From: Macrostomum hystrix
Lineage: Eukaryota > Animalia > Platyhelminthes
Direction of reading: 5' to 3'
Length of the DNA stretch: 64,000 nt
NCBI GenBank assembly: GCA_950097015.1
Contig: CATNEN010000038.1
Span: forward strand, 13,950,001-14,014,000
Part shown: positions 38,001 to 49,500 of the stretch, in pieces
Position numbering within the stretch: the stretch's first letter is position 1
How the letters are laid out: every line of letters begins with the position of its first letter
Notes under the pieces: model-generated
What the model was told of the DNA's origin: nothing
The model's input: only the letters and a program-made list of their open reading frames with translations
The model's database searches: none
Translations under genes and position numbers: made by a program

Positions 38001-39802
38001 GCGTTGAACCAGCCGGAGGTGGAAGCTGTGGGAGCTTCGCAGGCTGCGGCGCAGACGCTGCCGGCTCGGAAGCCGATGCAGCGGACGCAGTCGCCGGGCC
38101 CTGGGCCCCAGCAGCCGTAGCTGCGATCGCACTGGTCGTGGCAGCTAGCGTTGAGTCCGTACGGGCAGACGGCGCGCAACAGGCCCTGCTGAATGCTTTC
38201 CTCGATTGCCTTTTGTTTCATGACTTGAATCAAGCTGCCCTGCAAGGAGCCGCCGAAATCAATCACGCCATCAGTGAATGCCCGATTGGTTGGACGCAGA
38301 CTATCACAGAAACCGTACGTGTTATTTGGTTTCCTGATATCCATTATTACGAGAATGATTTTGCCGTTAATGTGACGCAGAGACGACAGGCCCAGGTGTT
38401 GGATGTAGTTGGAGCGTACGTAGATTCCAGACAACTGCTCGCCTGGAGCTCGGTCAAGGCGCTCGAGTTTAGACAGGAAACTCAGATTGGTGACTTCCGG
38501 CAGATCTTCCATGTTGACCTGCAGGGGGCCGCGCAAAATCCTCAGTCGGCTAAGAATCAGGTGGAGCTGCGCTAGGCTTAACTGCCTCAATTTCGAGTGC
38601 GACGTGGGCAAGAAGCAACTGGATGAAATAGTCAGCGGCCCGATAAACTCAGTGCAAAGCAGACTCTTGTTAACCAGGCCGTCCAACAGTGGACTCTCGA
38701 CCGAGCAGATTAGCGACGACGTCGTTGGCGCCGGCTGACAAATTCGTGAGGCCACCGTCAGAATGCATTGATTGTCTTCGCGAGCCGCGTAGCCCTCGCG
38801 ACACTTGCTGACGCAGGCGTCATCTTGAATGAAAAACGATTCTGGACAGCGGGACACGCACAGCGGGCCGTACGGGTAGAGCTTGGTTGACGGCTGCACC
38901 TGCTGCATCTTGGCCTGGTCATAGTACAGCTGCGGAGTGCAGGTGGGAACACAGGTGCCGTTGCTGTTAAACATTGCGCAGCCGAAGCACTGGCTGGAGT
39001 GAGCGCCGTAGCAGCCGCCGAGGCACTGCTCCGAGCAGCAGCGCTCCAGGCCCGTTGAGTCGTAGAAGCAGCGCCGCTGGCGGCAGTCCTCCTGCGGCAC
39101 CGTGACGCAGCGGGATCTGGCTTGGCACTGCTGCGGTCCCGGGCCCCAGCAGTGCCGCTGGCCATCGGTAGGCCAGATTGGACAGTCCGGGTGGCAGCGG
39201 TCAACATCGACGCGAGTGCAGTTAGTCAGATGGAAGAGTGCCTGGGCGCGCGTATCCTGGAACATTTCTGCATGGCTAATCAAGCGCTCTATGTAGCAGT
39301 TGGCAACGCCGAGCAGGAAGATATTGCCGCGCTCGATGTAGCGAAGGTTGCGCATGTCAACGAGAGGCTCACTGTGGATGCAGGTGCGGCTGGACTGCAC
39401 AATGAGACTGGCATTGGCGGAGTGCAAGCAGTTGCGACCGCGGATGATGCGCAAATTCTTGAATACAATCGGAGCTGAGAAACACGAGTCGATGATCTTC
39501 ACGCAGCCCGTCACCTCCTGGATGTTGTCAAAGAAGCTGAAGTCCAGCGACTTATTCTGCTGCATCAGTTCTTTCTCGTCAATCTGCACAATGTGCACGT
39601 GACCAATGACGAACTGACAGTTGGAGAATCTCCGTCGAAGGTCCTTCATCTTAGCGGAAGAGCTGGTGCTAGTCTGATCGAACTCCTGGGTGCCGGAGCA
39701 CACCACCGGACTAGCCAGGGCGGGAGGTCCTACTAGTGCCAGCAGACAGGCAGTGATTACAAGCTGAGTAAGCAGGTTTGGCCAGCAATCGAAGCTCGAC
39801 AT
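35081..39802 (-). CDS. EGFR: EGF receptor (ErbB) family tyrosine kinase, single coding exon (about 1573 aa from the first ATG)
   Basis: Signal peptide, L1-furin-L2-furin with CWGPGP motifs and extra Cys-rich repeats, TM, kinase GSGAFGTVYKG/VAIK/HRDLACRN/DFG/KWLALES/CTLDVYMIMIKCW, tail YTSDP and NPEY. Confidence 0.97.
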   Translation of the reverse strand: MSSFDCWPNLLTQLVITACLLALVGPPALASPVVCSGTQEFDQTSTSSSAKMKDLRRRFSNCQFVIGHVHIVQIDEKELMQQNKSLDFSFFDNIQEVTGCVKIIDSCFSAPIVFKNLRIIRGRNCLHSANASLIVQSSRTCIHSEPLVDMRNLRYIERGNIFLLGVANCYIERLISHAEMFQDTRAQALFHLTNCTRVDVDRCHPDCPIWPTDGQRHCWGPGPQQCQARSRCVTVPQEDCRQRRCFYDSTGLERCCSEQCLGGCYGAHSSQCFGCAMFNSNGTCVPTCTPQLYYDQAKMQQVQPSTKLYPYGPLCVSRCPESFFIQDDACVSKCREGYAAREDNQCILTVASRICQPAPTTSSLICSVESPLLDGLVNKSLLCTEFIGPLTISSSCFLPTSHSKLRQLSLAQLHLILSRLRILRGPLQVNMEDLPEVTNLSFLSKLERLDRAPGEQLSGIYVRSNYIQHLGLSSLRHINGKIILVIMDIRKPNNTYGFCDSLRPTNRAFTDGVIDFGGSLQGSLIQVMKQKAIEESIQQGLLRAVCPYGLNASCHDQCDRSYGCWGPGPGDCVRCIGFRAGSVCAAACEAPTASTSGWFNAGLSVRLGVGNVTERVCSACHRSCSSCTGPTENDCSRCSLGLYRDGNQCVSSCNRDYQYPDNAGVCRPCPQVCYNVRNGQPTCTGNATLVGHGGCQFCTHIIPIKRSPTDPSLVLHCHRLADSCPRGYFLSVLDPSLNTNQDKSLVEFMALQKRVSLSVSICRECDRICLSCHGASSVCKECRYYTIIPRDQDQSNRLDKLCSDREKPKCPDAYYTVDANRTCHPCVPSCAVCNGPGSQDCQKCFSNAFALLSDYKHPDKSPFSCVNPCPQTHPHHVFHRTLKCLACSSSPMDLVGTEDQKPDNGGLKEGSTIFVAIGVALVVLIAIVAAFVLYWIKQRRGGKFGKRGKASNLDPAASSDDDLEPLKRPDGATIPNRGSLLTISEKELIRGREVGSGAFGTVYKGDWLPESDHRRRICVAIKILTDSGDTGMSSELLEESKIMASVNHPHCVRLVGICMTQPLQLITQFMPLGNLRDYLRPRKDSNQIGSSHLLRYAAQIASGMAYLEHCQIIHRDLACRNVLVASAKNVKITDFGLAKVLDNPNEAYTASGGKLPVKWLALESLISRRFSHKSDVWAYGVTLWEIFTFGEPPYANIKPKDIADYLEKGERLPQPPICTLDVYMIMIKCWMLNDQHRPSFDSMEIEFKKMAADPGRYVCIQGDPFTRTASRSSNSDGGSSANGHEDGSGSPVRRPPSRSPSSVAATALNSQQGLSYSTLDHRGTEMTAAAVAATSPASVDYVDASLGDHDVFEDAETAIDSAGNNNFARRNLPATLLIRQSPLPLVPPPPPPHSRKSSASRSGSALGKQPPPPPHSQSQNLQQKFLFGDNSYTSDPCKQPQSQPPFANRQGSTTNSPGGEGYLQPIHFQRVSRGPLPPTPSPPPPPPPLAPLPPTPPPPPPPPPLAHLPPTPPPPPLPLAAGTPTFQNPEYFFNATRSPSSSVAGRGAMSRSSSSSKGGLSPPPPPPPPPQQD

Positions 39803-41340
39803 GGCCCACCAGAGTACGGATTGACTAGCTGCCAAGGCCTGTTTGTTTCGTTAGTCGATTCGCTTTGACTGCTTTTCACCTGCCCTGCCTCTCTTTCTCT
39901 TCTGGCGCAGCGTCAAAAGCTTATAAGTCTAGAGGTTTCTGTTTTGAGCTCGAAAAAGCATATACGCATAGAATTAAAAATTGGAGAAAGAAAACTTAAT
40001 TGCTAGATAATGCTGCCGAGACAGCTGGGTCTGTAGTGACTCGTCCTGACCCTGCCGCGGGAAGCTCTATGCTCTTCTCTTAGTGAGCTTGGCTACTACC
40101 TACTCGCTCAGTGTCTTCATTTGTGGAGCGAGCTAGCTGGGCACTGACCAATGAGGAGTTGCCGAGAGGCACACGGGGCAGGAATTGAACAGAACATTAT
40201 AAAACCTTGCTAAAATGAGTCTGTATGCAAATGACCTTTTTATAAGGTAACTCTAGTTCCAAGATGCAGAGAGTAATATGAAAAACCGCACAACAGATGC
40301 TTATATAGTGATCATATTTAGCTCTTAGTAATTTAAGTCCTCCATGTGCAGAACAGAATATTGACAGCCCTCTGTGCATACTCACCCTGCACGCAGCGAA
40401 CAGAACTTGTCTTATCTCTCTTCTCTTCTGCTTTTTTCGAGTCTATTCAGACCATACTCGTGCAGGTATGTACAAGCACACACACATACACACTTAATTC
40501 TGCTTTTGCAAAGGAGTCAGAATCTGGTTCAAAGCACCAGTACAGAGAATGACGCAGAGCAGAAGAAAGCATTGAGTTCACACCCCAACCTTCTACGCAG
40601 TCAAGTGAATGCAGAACTGGAACAAAGACTTAATTCAAAGCCATAGCATCCTTAATGCAGCATTTTCAGATGCAGAAGGAGCAGAACAATCGAATCCGAC
40701 AATTTCTGCGAGTGCTTCTAGAAGCTCTTCTCAGCTTAAACTACTCATAAATTAATACGAGACTCGAGTGAGCTTACTTAAACTGCACAGCCAGCTAGCT
40801 GTAACCATGCAGGCCGAGACCCAATTGAGATAGAGCTAGCCTGGCGTGGAGGGGCCTAATGAAAATAAGGGAAAGCTTTAGCCCCCGTCAAAGAGATAAC
40901 AAAATGCTGATGGGATTTTTTCTTTTATTTAGCTCCAATGGTGGCGGCGGGCCATGAGGAGAGCCGCAGTCAATTACAGCCCGGCTAGACCTTATCTGTC
41001 AGCTGACTAGGCCAAGCCTGCTCTACTAAAACTTATTATATCTTCCGCGCTTAGCAATAATCTTTTACCAAATTAAACTAAAAATTTCGCATTTCGACAG
41101 AAAGAAACTAAACGCATCTCTGATCGCTATCAGGTCAGTCGCAAATACTTTACTGTGCGAAAAACTTTTATCACAATTTAATTATCAAAAATAGGCTGAC
41201 ATACCTGCACTTGCAAATGAGAATTTGCCTCACCGTGTTTGAAATCCCAGAACAAATTGGAACCGTTTCAATTAGCTGCTACACATTTTTTTGCCAGAAA
41301 TCATATTATAACTAGACAGGAGTTAGTAGGAGATGCCACA

Positions 41341-41850
41341 TCAGTCAGGGATAAAGATTATAAGAAATGGCACTGCAGTCAGGGATAAAGACTATAAGAA
41401 ATGGCACTGCAGTCAGGGATAAAGACTATAAGAAATGGCACTGCAGTCAGGGATAAAGACTATAAGAAATGGCACTGCAGTCAAAGATAAAGACTATAAG
41501 AAATGGCACTGCAGTCAGGGATAAAGACTATAAGAATGGCACTGCAGTCAGGGATAAAGACTATAAGAAATGGCACTGCAGTCAGGGATAAAGACTGTCA
41601 GTCAGAAATGGCACTGCAGTCAGGGATAAAGACTGTCAGTCAGAAATGGCACTGCAGTCAGGGATAAAGACTGTCAGTCAGAAATGGCACTGCAGTCAGG
41701 GATAAAGACTGTCAGTCAGAAATGGCACTGCAGTCAGGGATAAAGACTGTCAGTCAGAAATGGCACTGCAGCCAGGGATAAAGACTTTCAGTCAGAAATG
41801 ACACTGTGTGTCAGGGATAAAGACTGCCAAAAATGGCATTGCAGTCAGAA
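41341..41850. repeat. Minisatellite, 34/38-bp unit (CAGTCAGGGATAAAGACTATAAGAAATGGCACTG)
   Basis: Two adjacent blocks of unit variants, about 14 copies. Confidence 0.95.
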
Positions 41851-42259
41851 ATAAATATTGTTGGAAATGGCACTGCAGTCTGGGAGAAAGACTATAAAAA
41901 AAACATTGTTAGTCTTCAAATACATTCTGACAGAGTCTAATAAAAGAAAATTGTGCCGCAAAATGAAGTCGGCAAAATGCGACAATGTGTTGATGACAGT
42001 TTTGTGAACACGTAGACTTGAACTGCTCAAGCAATAAAACTGGTCCAAGCAAAAAATGCCACAGTATTCATTGTGGAGCATGGCCTATCAACCCTAACTG
42101 GATGCTGTATATCATTTCTATCTGTGAGGCAATGACGTTTGAACGCAAAATAATTCTCATGCACAATGGGCAGGCATAAATAGAAATTAAAACAGCAAAA
42201 CAAAAAGATATAAAGTACAGATTCTTCCAGAGTCCAGTTAGTTTGAGTCTTACATGATT

Positions 42260-42378
42260 TAATAATAATTGCGGGACGGCTGTGGGCAATGGCACATAAC
42301 TTAGTGACACTGGACACGCAGCCAGCGAGGAGGCAATTCTGCCCATTTCGCTGACTCCTGAGCACACGCGCACACATA
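42260..42378 (-). mobile_element. SINE family A, 5'-truncated copy
   Basis: GTGTGCTCAGGAGTCAGCGAAATGGGCAGAATTGCC...CCCACAGCC..GCAATTATTATT matches the 3' third of the 23117 copy. Confidence 0.85.
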
Positions 42379-42596
42379 AAATAATCAAAGTGCAAAATGT
42401 TCTATTACACTTAAAGTTCCTTAGGTCAGAAAGTATTGACATTGGAAAGTGAGTCTGAGTGGCACGAAAAAAGGATGAAAAAAACAAAAAAAACATAACG
42501 CATAATTGCGACAATTCTTTATACGAGTAACATAACATTCTAAACCCCAAACTAAAAAATCCTGACATTCCCTATTCCTAAGATACACCAGTTATA

Positions 42597-43730
42597 AAAT
42601 TCACAATCACCTAAATTAAGAATCTTCAAAATTCACAATCGACAAAATTCACAATCCTTAAACTTCATAATCCTTAAACTTCACAATCCTTAAACTTCCC
42701 AATCCACAAAATTCACAATCCTTAAACTTCATAATCCTTAAACTTTACAATCCTTAAACTTTACAATCCTTAAACTTCCCAATCCACAAAATTCACAATC
42801 CTTAAACTTCATAATCCTTAAACTTCCCAATCCACAAAATTCACAATCCTTAAACTTTATAATCCTTAAACTTCACAATCCTTAAACTTTACAATCCTTA
42901 AACTTTACAATCCTTAAACTTTACAATCCTTAAACTTCAAAATCCTTAAACTTCACAATCCTTAAACTTCACAATCATTAAACTTCACAATCCTTAAACT
43001 TCACAATCCTTAAACTTCACAATCCTTAAACTTCACAATCCTTAAACTTCACAATCCTTAAACTTCACAATCCTTAAACTTCATAATTCTTAAACTTCAC
43101 AATCCTTAAACTTCACAATCCTTAAACTTCACAATCCTTAAACTTCATAATTCTTAAACTTCACAATCCTTAAACTTCACAATCCTTAAACTTCCCAATT
43201 TACAAAATTCACAATCCTTAAACTTCATAATCCTTAAACTTCCCAATCCACAAAATTCACAATCCTTAAACTTTATAATCCTTAAACTTCACAATCCTTA
43301 AACTTCACAATCCTTAAACTTCACAATCATTAAACTTCACAATCCTTAAACTTCACAATCCTTAAACTTCACAATCCTTAAACTTTACAATCCTTAAACT
43401 TTACAATCCTTAAACTTCACAATCCTTAAACTTCACAATCCTTAAACTTCACAATCCTTAAACTTCACAATCCTTAAACTTCACAATCCTTAAACTTCAC
43501 AATCCTTAAACTTCACAATCCTTAAACTTTACAATCCTTAAACTTCACAATCCTTAAACTTCACAATCATTAAACTTCACAATCATTAAACTTCACTATC
43601 ATTAAACTTCACAATCCTTAAACTTCACAATCATTAAACTTCAAAATCCTTAAACTTCACAATCATTAAACTTCACAATCATTAAACTTCACTATCCCCA
43701 ACATTCAAAATCCTTAAAATTCGCAATCCC
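42597..43730. repeat. Minisatellite, 16-bp unit (CTTCACAATCCTTAAA)
   Basis: About 68 copies. Confidence 0.98.
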
Positions 43731-44469
43731 CATAAATCACAATCTATAAAAGTCAGAATCCACAAACTTAAAAGTCCATAAATTTCATACGAACTCAAAA
43801 TTAACAGACTCAAACTAAAATGTATTACTAACAGTCTAATTGCACTTCAAAACGACAACAAAAATATTTGATTTAGAAAGTGAAATGAAGCAGACTACAC
43901 AGATGATAATAAATCTAAGACAGGATAGCGTGACGAACCAGAAATATAACCCAGACAAAAGACAACAGACAGACTCAAGCCAAAGCCTTGCAGTCTTCCC
44001 ATTAGTAGGGAGAACTATATTTCTACTCAGCAGTTACTCAGAGTGTCAGACTAAGGCTTGAAATCCCACGAATTGATAATCGTTCGGTTGGGCATAGTGG
44101 AAATGGATTTTCTCCGGCTATCCGAAATCTTCCCCCTCGACTTTATCCTGCTCAGATTATAAGCAACACGAGAAACAACCCGCTGTAGAGAAGATGGTCA
44201 ACATCCGCTACAGTTTGGGGCTGGCTTCTGGTACCCAAGTCGGCAATTATGTCCTGGCCTGCCCTATTGACGAAAGGTAGTTGATTATAAAGCACACCTG
44301 TTTTTGTGTAAGACATGCATAAACTAAATCAGGGGCCAAGTCTGTGCTCTATAATTACTAAAAACCTTAAAAATCCAGGAAAAAAAATTATAGTAGAAAA
44401 ACTGATTCGGTAGCTAGAACTGCACTAGGTTGCTAAGGAAACTTTAATCGATGGCTACGTAAAATCGAT

Positions 44470-44902
44470 ACTGTTGCTAGAAAAAAAATTTGGTTGCTAG
44501 GAAAATTTGATTCTGTTGCTAGGAAAATTTGATTCTGTTGCTAGGAAAATTTGATTCTGTTGCTAGGAAAATTTGATTCTGTTGCTAGGAAAATTTGATT
44601 CTGTTGCTAGGAAAAATTGATTCAGTTGCTAGGAAAAATTGATTCTGTTGCTAGGAAAAATTGATTCTGTTGCTAGGAAAAATTGATTCGGTTGCTAGGA
44701 AAAATTGATTCAGTTGCTATGAAAATTTGATTCAGTTGCTAGGAAAAATTGATTCGGTTGCTAGGAAAAATTGATTCAGTTGCTAGGAAAAATTGATTCG
44801 GTTGCTAGGAAAAATTGATTCAGTTGCTATGAAAATTTGATTCAGTTGCTAGGAAAAATTGATTCAGTTGCTAGGAAAAATTGATTCGGTTGCTAGGAAA
44901 CC
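44470..44902. repeat. Minisatellite, 22-bp unit (GTTGCTAGGAAAA[A/T]TTGATTC[T/A/G])
   Basis: About 19 copies. Confidence 0.96.
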
Positions 44903-45944
44903 CTTAATTAGTTCCTAGAAAAATGGATTCCGTTGGTAGTTAAAATAAAATAAATTGCAGTTTTTCTGTTCTGTGGCTAGGGAAAATTCTATCGATTGCT
45001 TGGTTAAATAGACTCGGTTGATAGGAAGATTTGAAGGCAAACAGGTTTTCTATCCTTTGCACATAATAGTTATTGACTTCATGCAGAACCAAAGGAGCGC
45101 TGGAGCTGGTTTGTGGAAGAAAACAGGCAAAAGCGCAGAGTGGCAATACAAATGTTTGCTAGCACGAGTGGAATGAGAATGAAAACTAGAAGAAACTATT
45201 TATTAGAAGCACAAAAAAGCAGGGAAGAATTTCAACACTCGAGTTTGTCGCCAACTTGCAGAGCAATCAGTGATTTTTCTCAAACTTTCAAATTGGCAAT
45301 ATTAGTAACCTGTTTAATAATAGCCGTGGAAGTCTTCTATTGTAGGGAACATTGTTGGCGAATAAACTAGTACGCCTAGACCCCTAAACAGAAGAAATGC
45401 CACGGAGGGTGTTTCAAATATAGTTTTTTGCTGCCTAAGTAAGAAGATTCTATCTGGAATCTGAAAATCAGAGAAAAAAGTACAGAAAATGCAAATCATA
45501 TTTTAAAAGCTGCGAAAAGCATAGATTTATTTTTAGATTCTATAAAATAAAAATAATTAAAACTTGTCAATTCGGAAATATAAATACGACAATACCATCG
45601 AAAAAATACATTTTTCATATTATGTTATTGAGTGCCAAGCGTAACAATTTTCGTCTCATACTACTAACAATCTGAATTAGTAGCGTATAGAACATATAAC
45701 GGCTTATAAGTAGCATTTGGAAGGCTTTTGTCAACTCATCCGGAAAATGGAGAATACTAAGAAAGATGTATATTCAACAAGTTGTACACATGCGAATGTA
45801 TATATTTTATAATAGCTATTCACAAAAAGCTTAGTGTTATAGTATACATAATAATGTATAGGCATATCGAAGCAAAAAATACGACTAGGCACAAAAAACT
45901 AACTATACTTAAAGACTGTGAGATTACGCTTGCAGAAGGCTACA

Positions 45945-46565
45945 GAAACAGAGTAGAGGGCGAGATACATTACAGGGGGTAGAAACAGAGTTGAGGGGGA
46001 GAAACAGTACAGGGGTAGAAACTGGGTAAAGGGGGAGAAACAGTACAGGGGTAGAAACAAAATAGAGGGGGAGAAACAGTACAGGGAGTAGAAACAGAGT
46101 AGAGGGGGAGAAACAGTACAGGGAGTAGAAACAGAGTAGAGGGGGAGAAACAGTACAGGGGTAGAAACTGGGTAAAGGGGGAGAAACAGTACAGGAAGTA
46201 GAAACTGGGTAAAGGGGGAGAAACAGTACAGGGAGTAGAAACAGAGTAGAGGGGGTGAAACAGTACAGGGAGTAGAAACAGAGTAGAGGGGGAGAAACAG
46301 TACAGGGGTAGAAACTGGGTAAAGGGGGAGAAACAGTACAGGAAGTAGAAACTGGGTAAAGGGGGAGAAACAGTACAGGGAGTAGAAACAGAGTAGAGGG
46401 GGTGAAACAGTACAGGGGTAGAAACAAGGTAGAGGGGAGAAACAGTACGGGGGTAGAAACAGAGTAGAATGGGAGAAACAGTACAAAGGGGAAGGAACAG
46501 AGTCGAGGGGAGAAACAGCACAGGGGGGGTAGAAACAGAGTAAAGGAGGGAGAAACAGTACAGAG
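45945..46565. repeat. Purine-rich minisatellite, 36-37-bp unit
   Basis: GGGGGAGAAACAGTACAGGG..TAGAAAC.. repeated about 16 times, right after the receptor stop. Confidence 0.95.
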
Positions 46566-46577
46566 GAAAATGGCAGC

Positions 46578-49500
46578 TCAGTGAATGTTCTGGCCAGCGA
46601 TAATGTCCACAATACCGGCCGTGATTCGCTTCACCTCCAAAGCGTCCAATCTCTGCAGCGGCTCCGGGTGCCACAGAGCGTCAAGCAGGCCGTTAGCCAA
46701 TCCGGCGCAGAGCGGATTAGCGGCTAGCCAATCAGCGGAGCGCATGGCAGGCCTGCCGCACTGAGGCCGGCAGACAATGCGCCGCATATCCTCCAGACTG
46801 GGATTAGGTGGCACCGATTCGGCGTAGGGCAGGCTGTAGGGATTCGAACCCTGGCACCTGTGGCCAATCTCCCACAGAACTAGGCCCAGGGAGTATAGGT
46901 CCGCCTTCTTTAGGGCGTTGAAATCCTGCGGCGATGCGTTGGACTCAATAAGCTCCGGGCTGAGGTAGCGAACTGTGCCGACACGCCTGCGGACAAGTTT
47001 GGCGACGATTGACTTGACTTATAAAGTTTGCAATTTGATAAAAAAGTACAAAATATATTTACTTAAAATAATATTACGAGTAGAATTCCAATAGCAGAAA
47101 AAAATCATCAAAGATACGATAACTTTATTATTAATGCAAAAAATGGCTTCATTAAAAAATAAATCAAAAGTCTAATACGTACTAGGTCACATGATTATAA
47201 AAGTGCATACTAGGTTACACTTTTGTAAAAGTGCATTACTAGTTAAAATTAGATAAAAATCCTTAAAGTACATATTTCGTTAAAAATCGTAAAAGTACAT
47301 TATTCGATAAATATTTCCAAAGAACATACCCTTCTAAATAGTCATAATAAAACTTCACTAATTGTAAAATTAGCTTTTTTGCATTAATTGTGGAATAAAC
47401 AAATAAAAATCGTCTAAAAATTCTCACCTTTCCCCGTCTCGCCTAATCCGATCCGTCTCTTTGACAGCCAAGCCAAAATCGGCCAGACAACAGGTCAGGT
47501 CGGATTTAACCAGGATATTGTTAGATTTCACGTCGCAATGGGCTATGCCAGGCTTAGTGAAGCCGAAACAATTTAATTCCGTGTGCAAATGAGACAGGCC
47601 GCTAACGATACTGTGGCACATGCCAGCTGCCACTCTGGGGTCGATGCTGTGCTGGGTTAGGTAGGCCTGCAGGAGAACAGGTGTGAGACACATGATATGG
47701 TCAACTGGGAAAATAATGTAGGGTTCCTTGGAATCCCTTCTCAATGGTGTACTGGAATCCCTACTAAATGATGTACTGCAATCCCTACTCTATGGTCTAC
47801 TGGAATCCCTACTCAATGGTCTACTGGAATCCCTACTCTATGATCTACTCGAATCCCTACTCTATGGTCCACTGGAATCCCTACTCAATGGCCTACTGGA
47901 ATCCCAACTCTATGGTCTACTGGAATCCCTACTCTATGGTCTACTGGAATCTCTACTCAATGGTCTACTGGAATCCCTACTTTATGGTCTACTGGAATCC
48001 CTACTCAATGGTCTACTGGAATCCCTACTCTATGGTCCACTGGAATCCCTACTCAATGGCCTACTGGAATCCCAACTCTATGGTCTACTGGAATCCCTAC
48101 TCTATGGTCTACTGGAATCTCTACTCAATGGTCTACTGGAATCCCTACTCAATGGTCTACTGGAATCCCTACTTTATGGTCTACTGGAATCCCTACTCAA
48201 TGGTCTACTGGAATCCCTACTTTATGGTCTACTGGAATCCCTACTCAATGGTCTACTGGAATCCTTACTCTATAATCTACTGGAATCCCTACTCAATGGT
48301 CTACTGGAATCCCAACTCTATGGTCTACTGGAATCCCAACTCTATGGTCTACTGGAATCCCTACTCTATGGTCTACTGGAATCCCTACTCAATGATCTAC
48401 TGGAATCCCTACTCTATGGTCTACTGGAATCCCTACTCAATGGTCTACTGGAATCCCTACTCAATGATCTACTGGAATCCCTACTCTATGGTCTACTGGA
48501 ATCTCTACTCAATGGTCTACTGGAATCCCTACTCTATGGTCTACTGGAATCTCTACTCAATGGTCTACTGGAATCCCTACTCAATGATCTACTGGAATCC
48601 CTACTCAATGATCTACTGGAATCCCAACTCTATGGTCTACTGGAATCCCTACTCAATGGTCTACTGGAATCCCTACTCAATGATCTACTGGAATCCCTAC
48701 TCAATGATCTACTGGAATCCCTACTCTATGGTCTACTGGAATCCCTACTCAATGGTCTACTGGAATCCCTACTCAATGATCTACTGGAATCCCTATTGCT
48801 ATGCCGCTATTTAATGGACCACAAAAATACTTAAAATCAGCGAACGAGTCACAGGTCCCTAGAAATCAAATCCTTACCTGCAGTGAGCCATTGGGGTGAT
48901 AGTCGGTTATTAGCCAAAGTTGAGTCTCCCAGCCAGCATCCAAGTTGTCCATTGCGATGAAGCCGAGAATGGCAGGATGTGCCAGTCCGGGTGTGGCGTA
49001 GATCTCGCCTTCTCGCGACCAGGACGCTTCGGCCCGGCTGTGAAAGATTTTGATGGCCACAATGTCGCTGACATCGCCGGTGCGCCAGATGCCCTGATAG
49101 TGACAAGGATTGAGTCTGTAAGTGCTACTGTGCCAGTCTGGTAGCAACTGTGCCAGTCTGGTAGCAACTGTGCCAGTCTGGTAGCAACTGTGCCAGACTG
49201 GTAGCAACTGTGCCAGTCTAGTAGCAACTGTGCCAGTCTGGTAGCAACTGTGCCAGTCTGTCTTGTCATTGCAACTGTCTAGGATAGTATAATTGCATAT
49301 TTCACAGCTGCCTACCTTGAACACCTGTCCAAATCGGCCCTGTCCCACAGACTGATCCACAGTGGTGTCCCTGGCAATGGTGCGCTGAACTAAACTGGGA
49401 TTTCCATAGCCGCTGCTAGAATAACACTCGACTGACTGACGCTGCTCCTCCTGCTGCTGCTGATGCTGATGAAAATCCCTGCTAGTTGGCTGCGGAACAA

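Noticed and set aside
35059-39602. Multiple ORFs overlapping EGFR, and similar ones over GALNT, QTRT2 and STXBP4
   Set aside because: GC-rich codon shadows of well-supported genes.
44194-44280. Possible small plus-strand exon (MVNIRYSLGLASGTQVGNYVLACPIDE, then a donor-like site)
   Set aside because: No downstream exon or recognisable motif could be linked to it.
47728-48834. 368-aa (LLESLLNG)n and 348-aa (MVYWNPYS)n ORFs
   Set aside because: Translations of a 24-bp intronic minisatellite antisense to the receptor gene, with no unique coding flanks.
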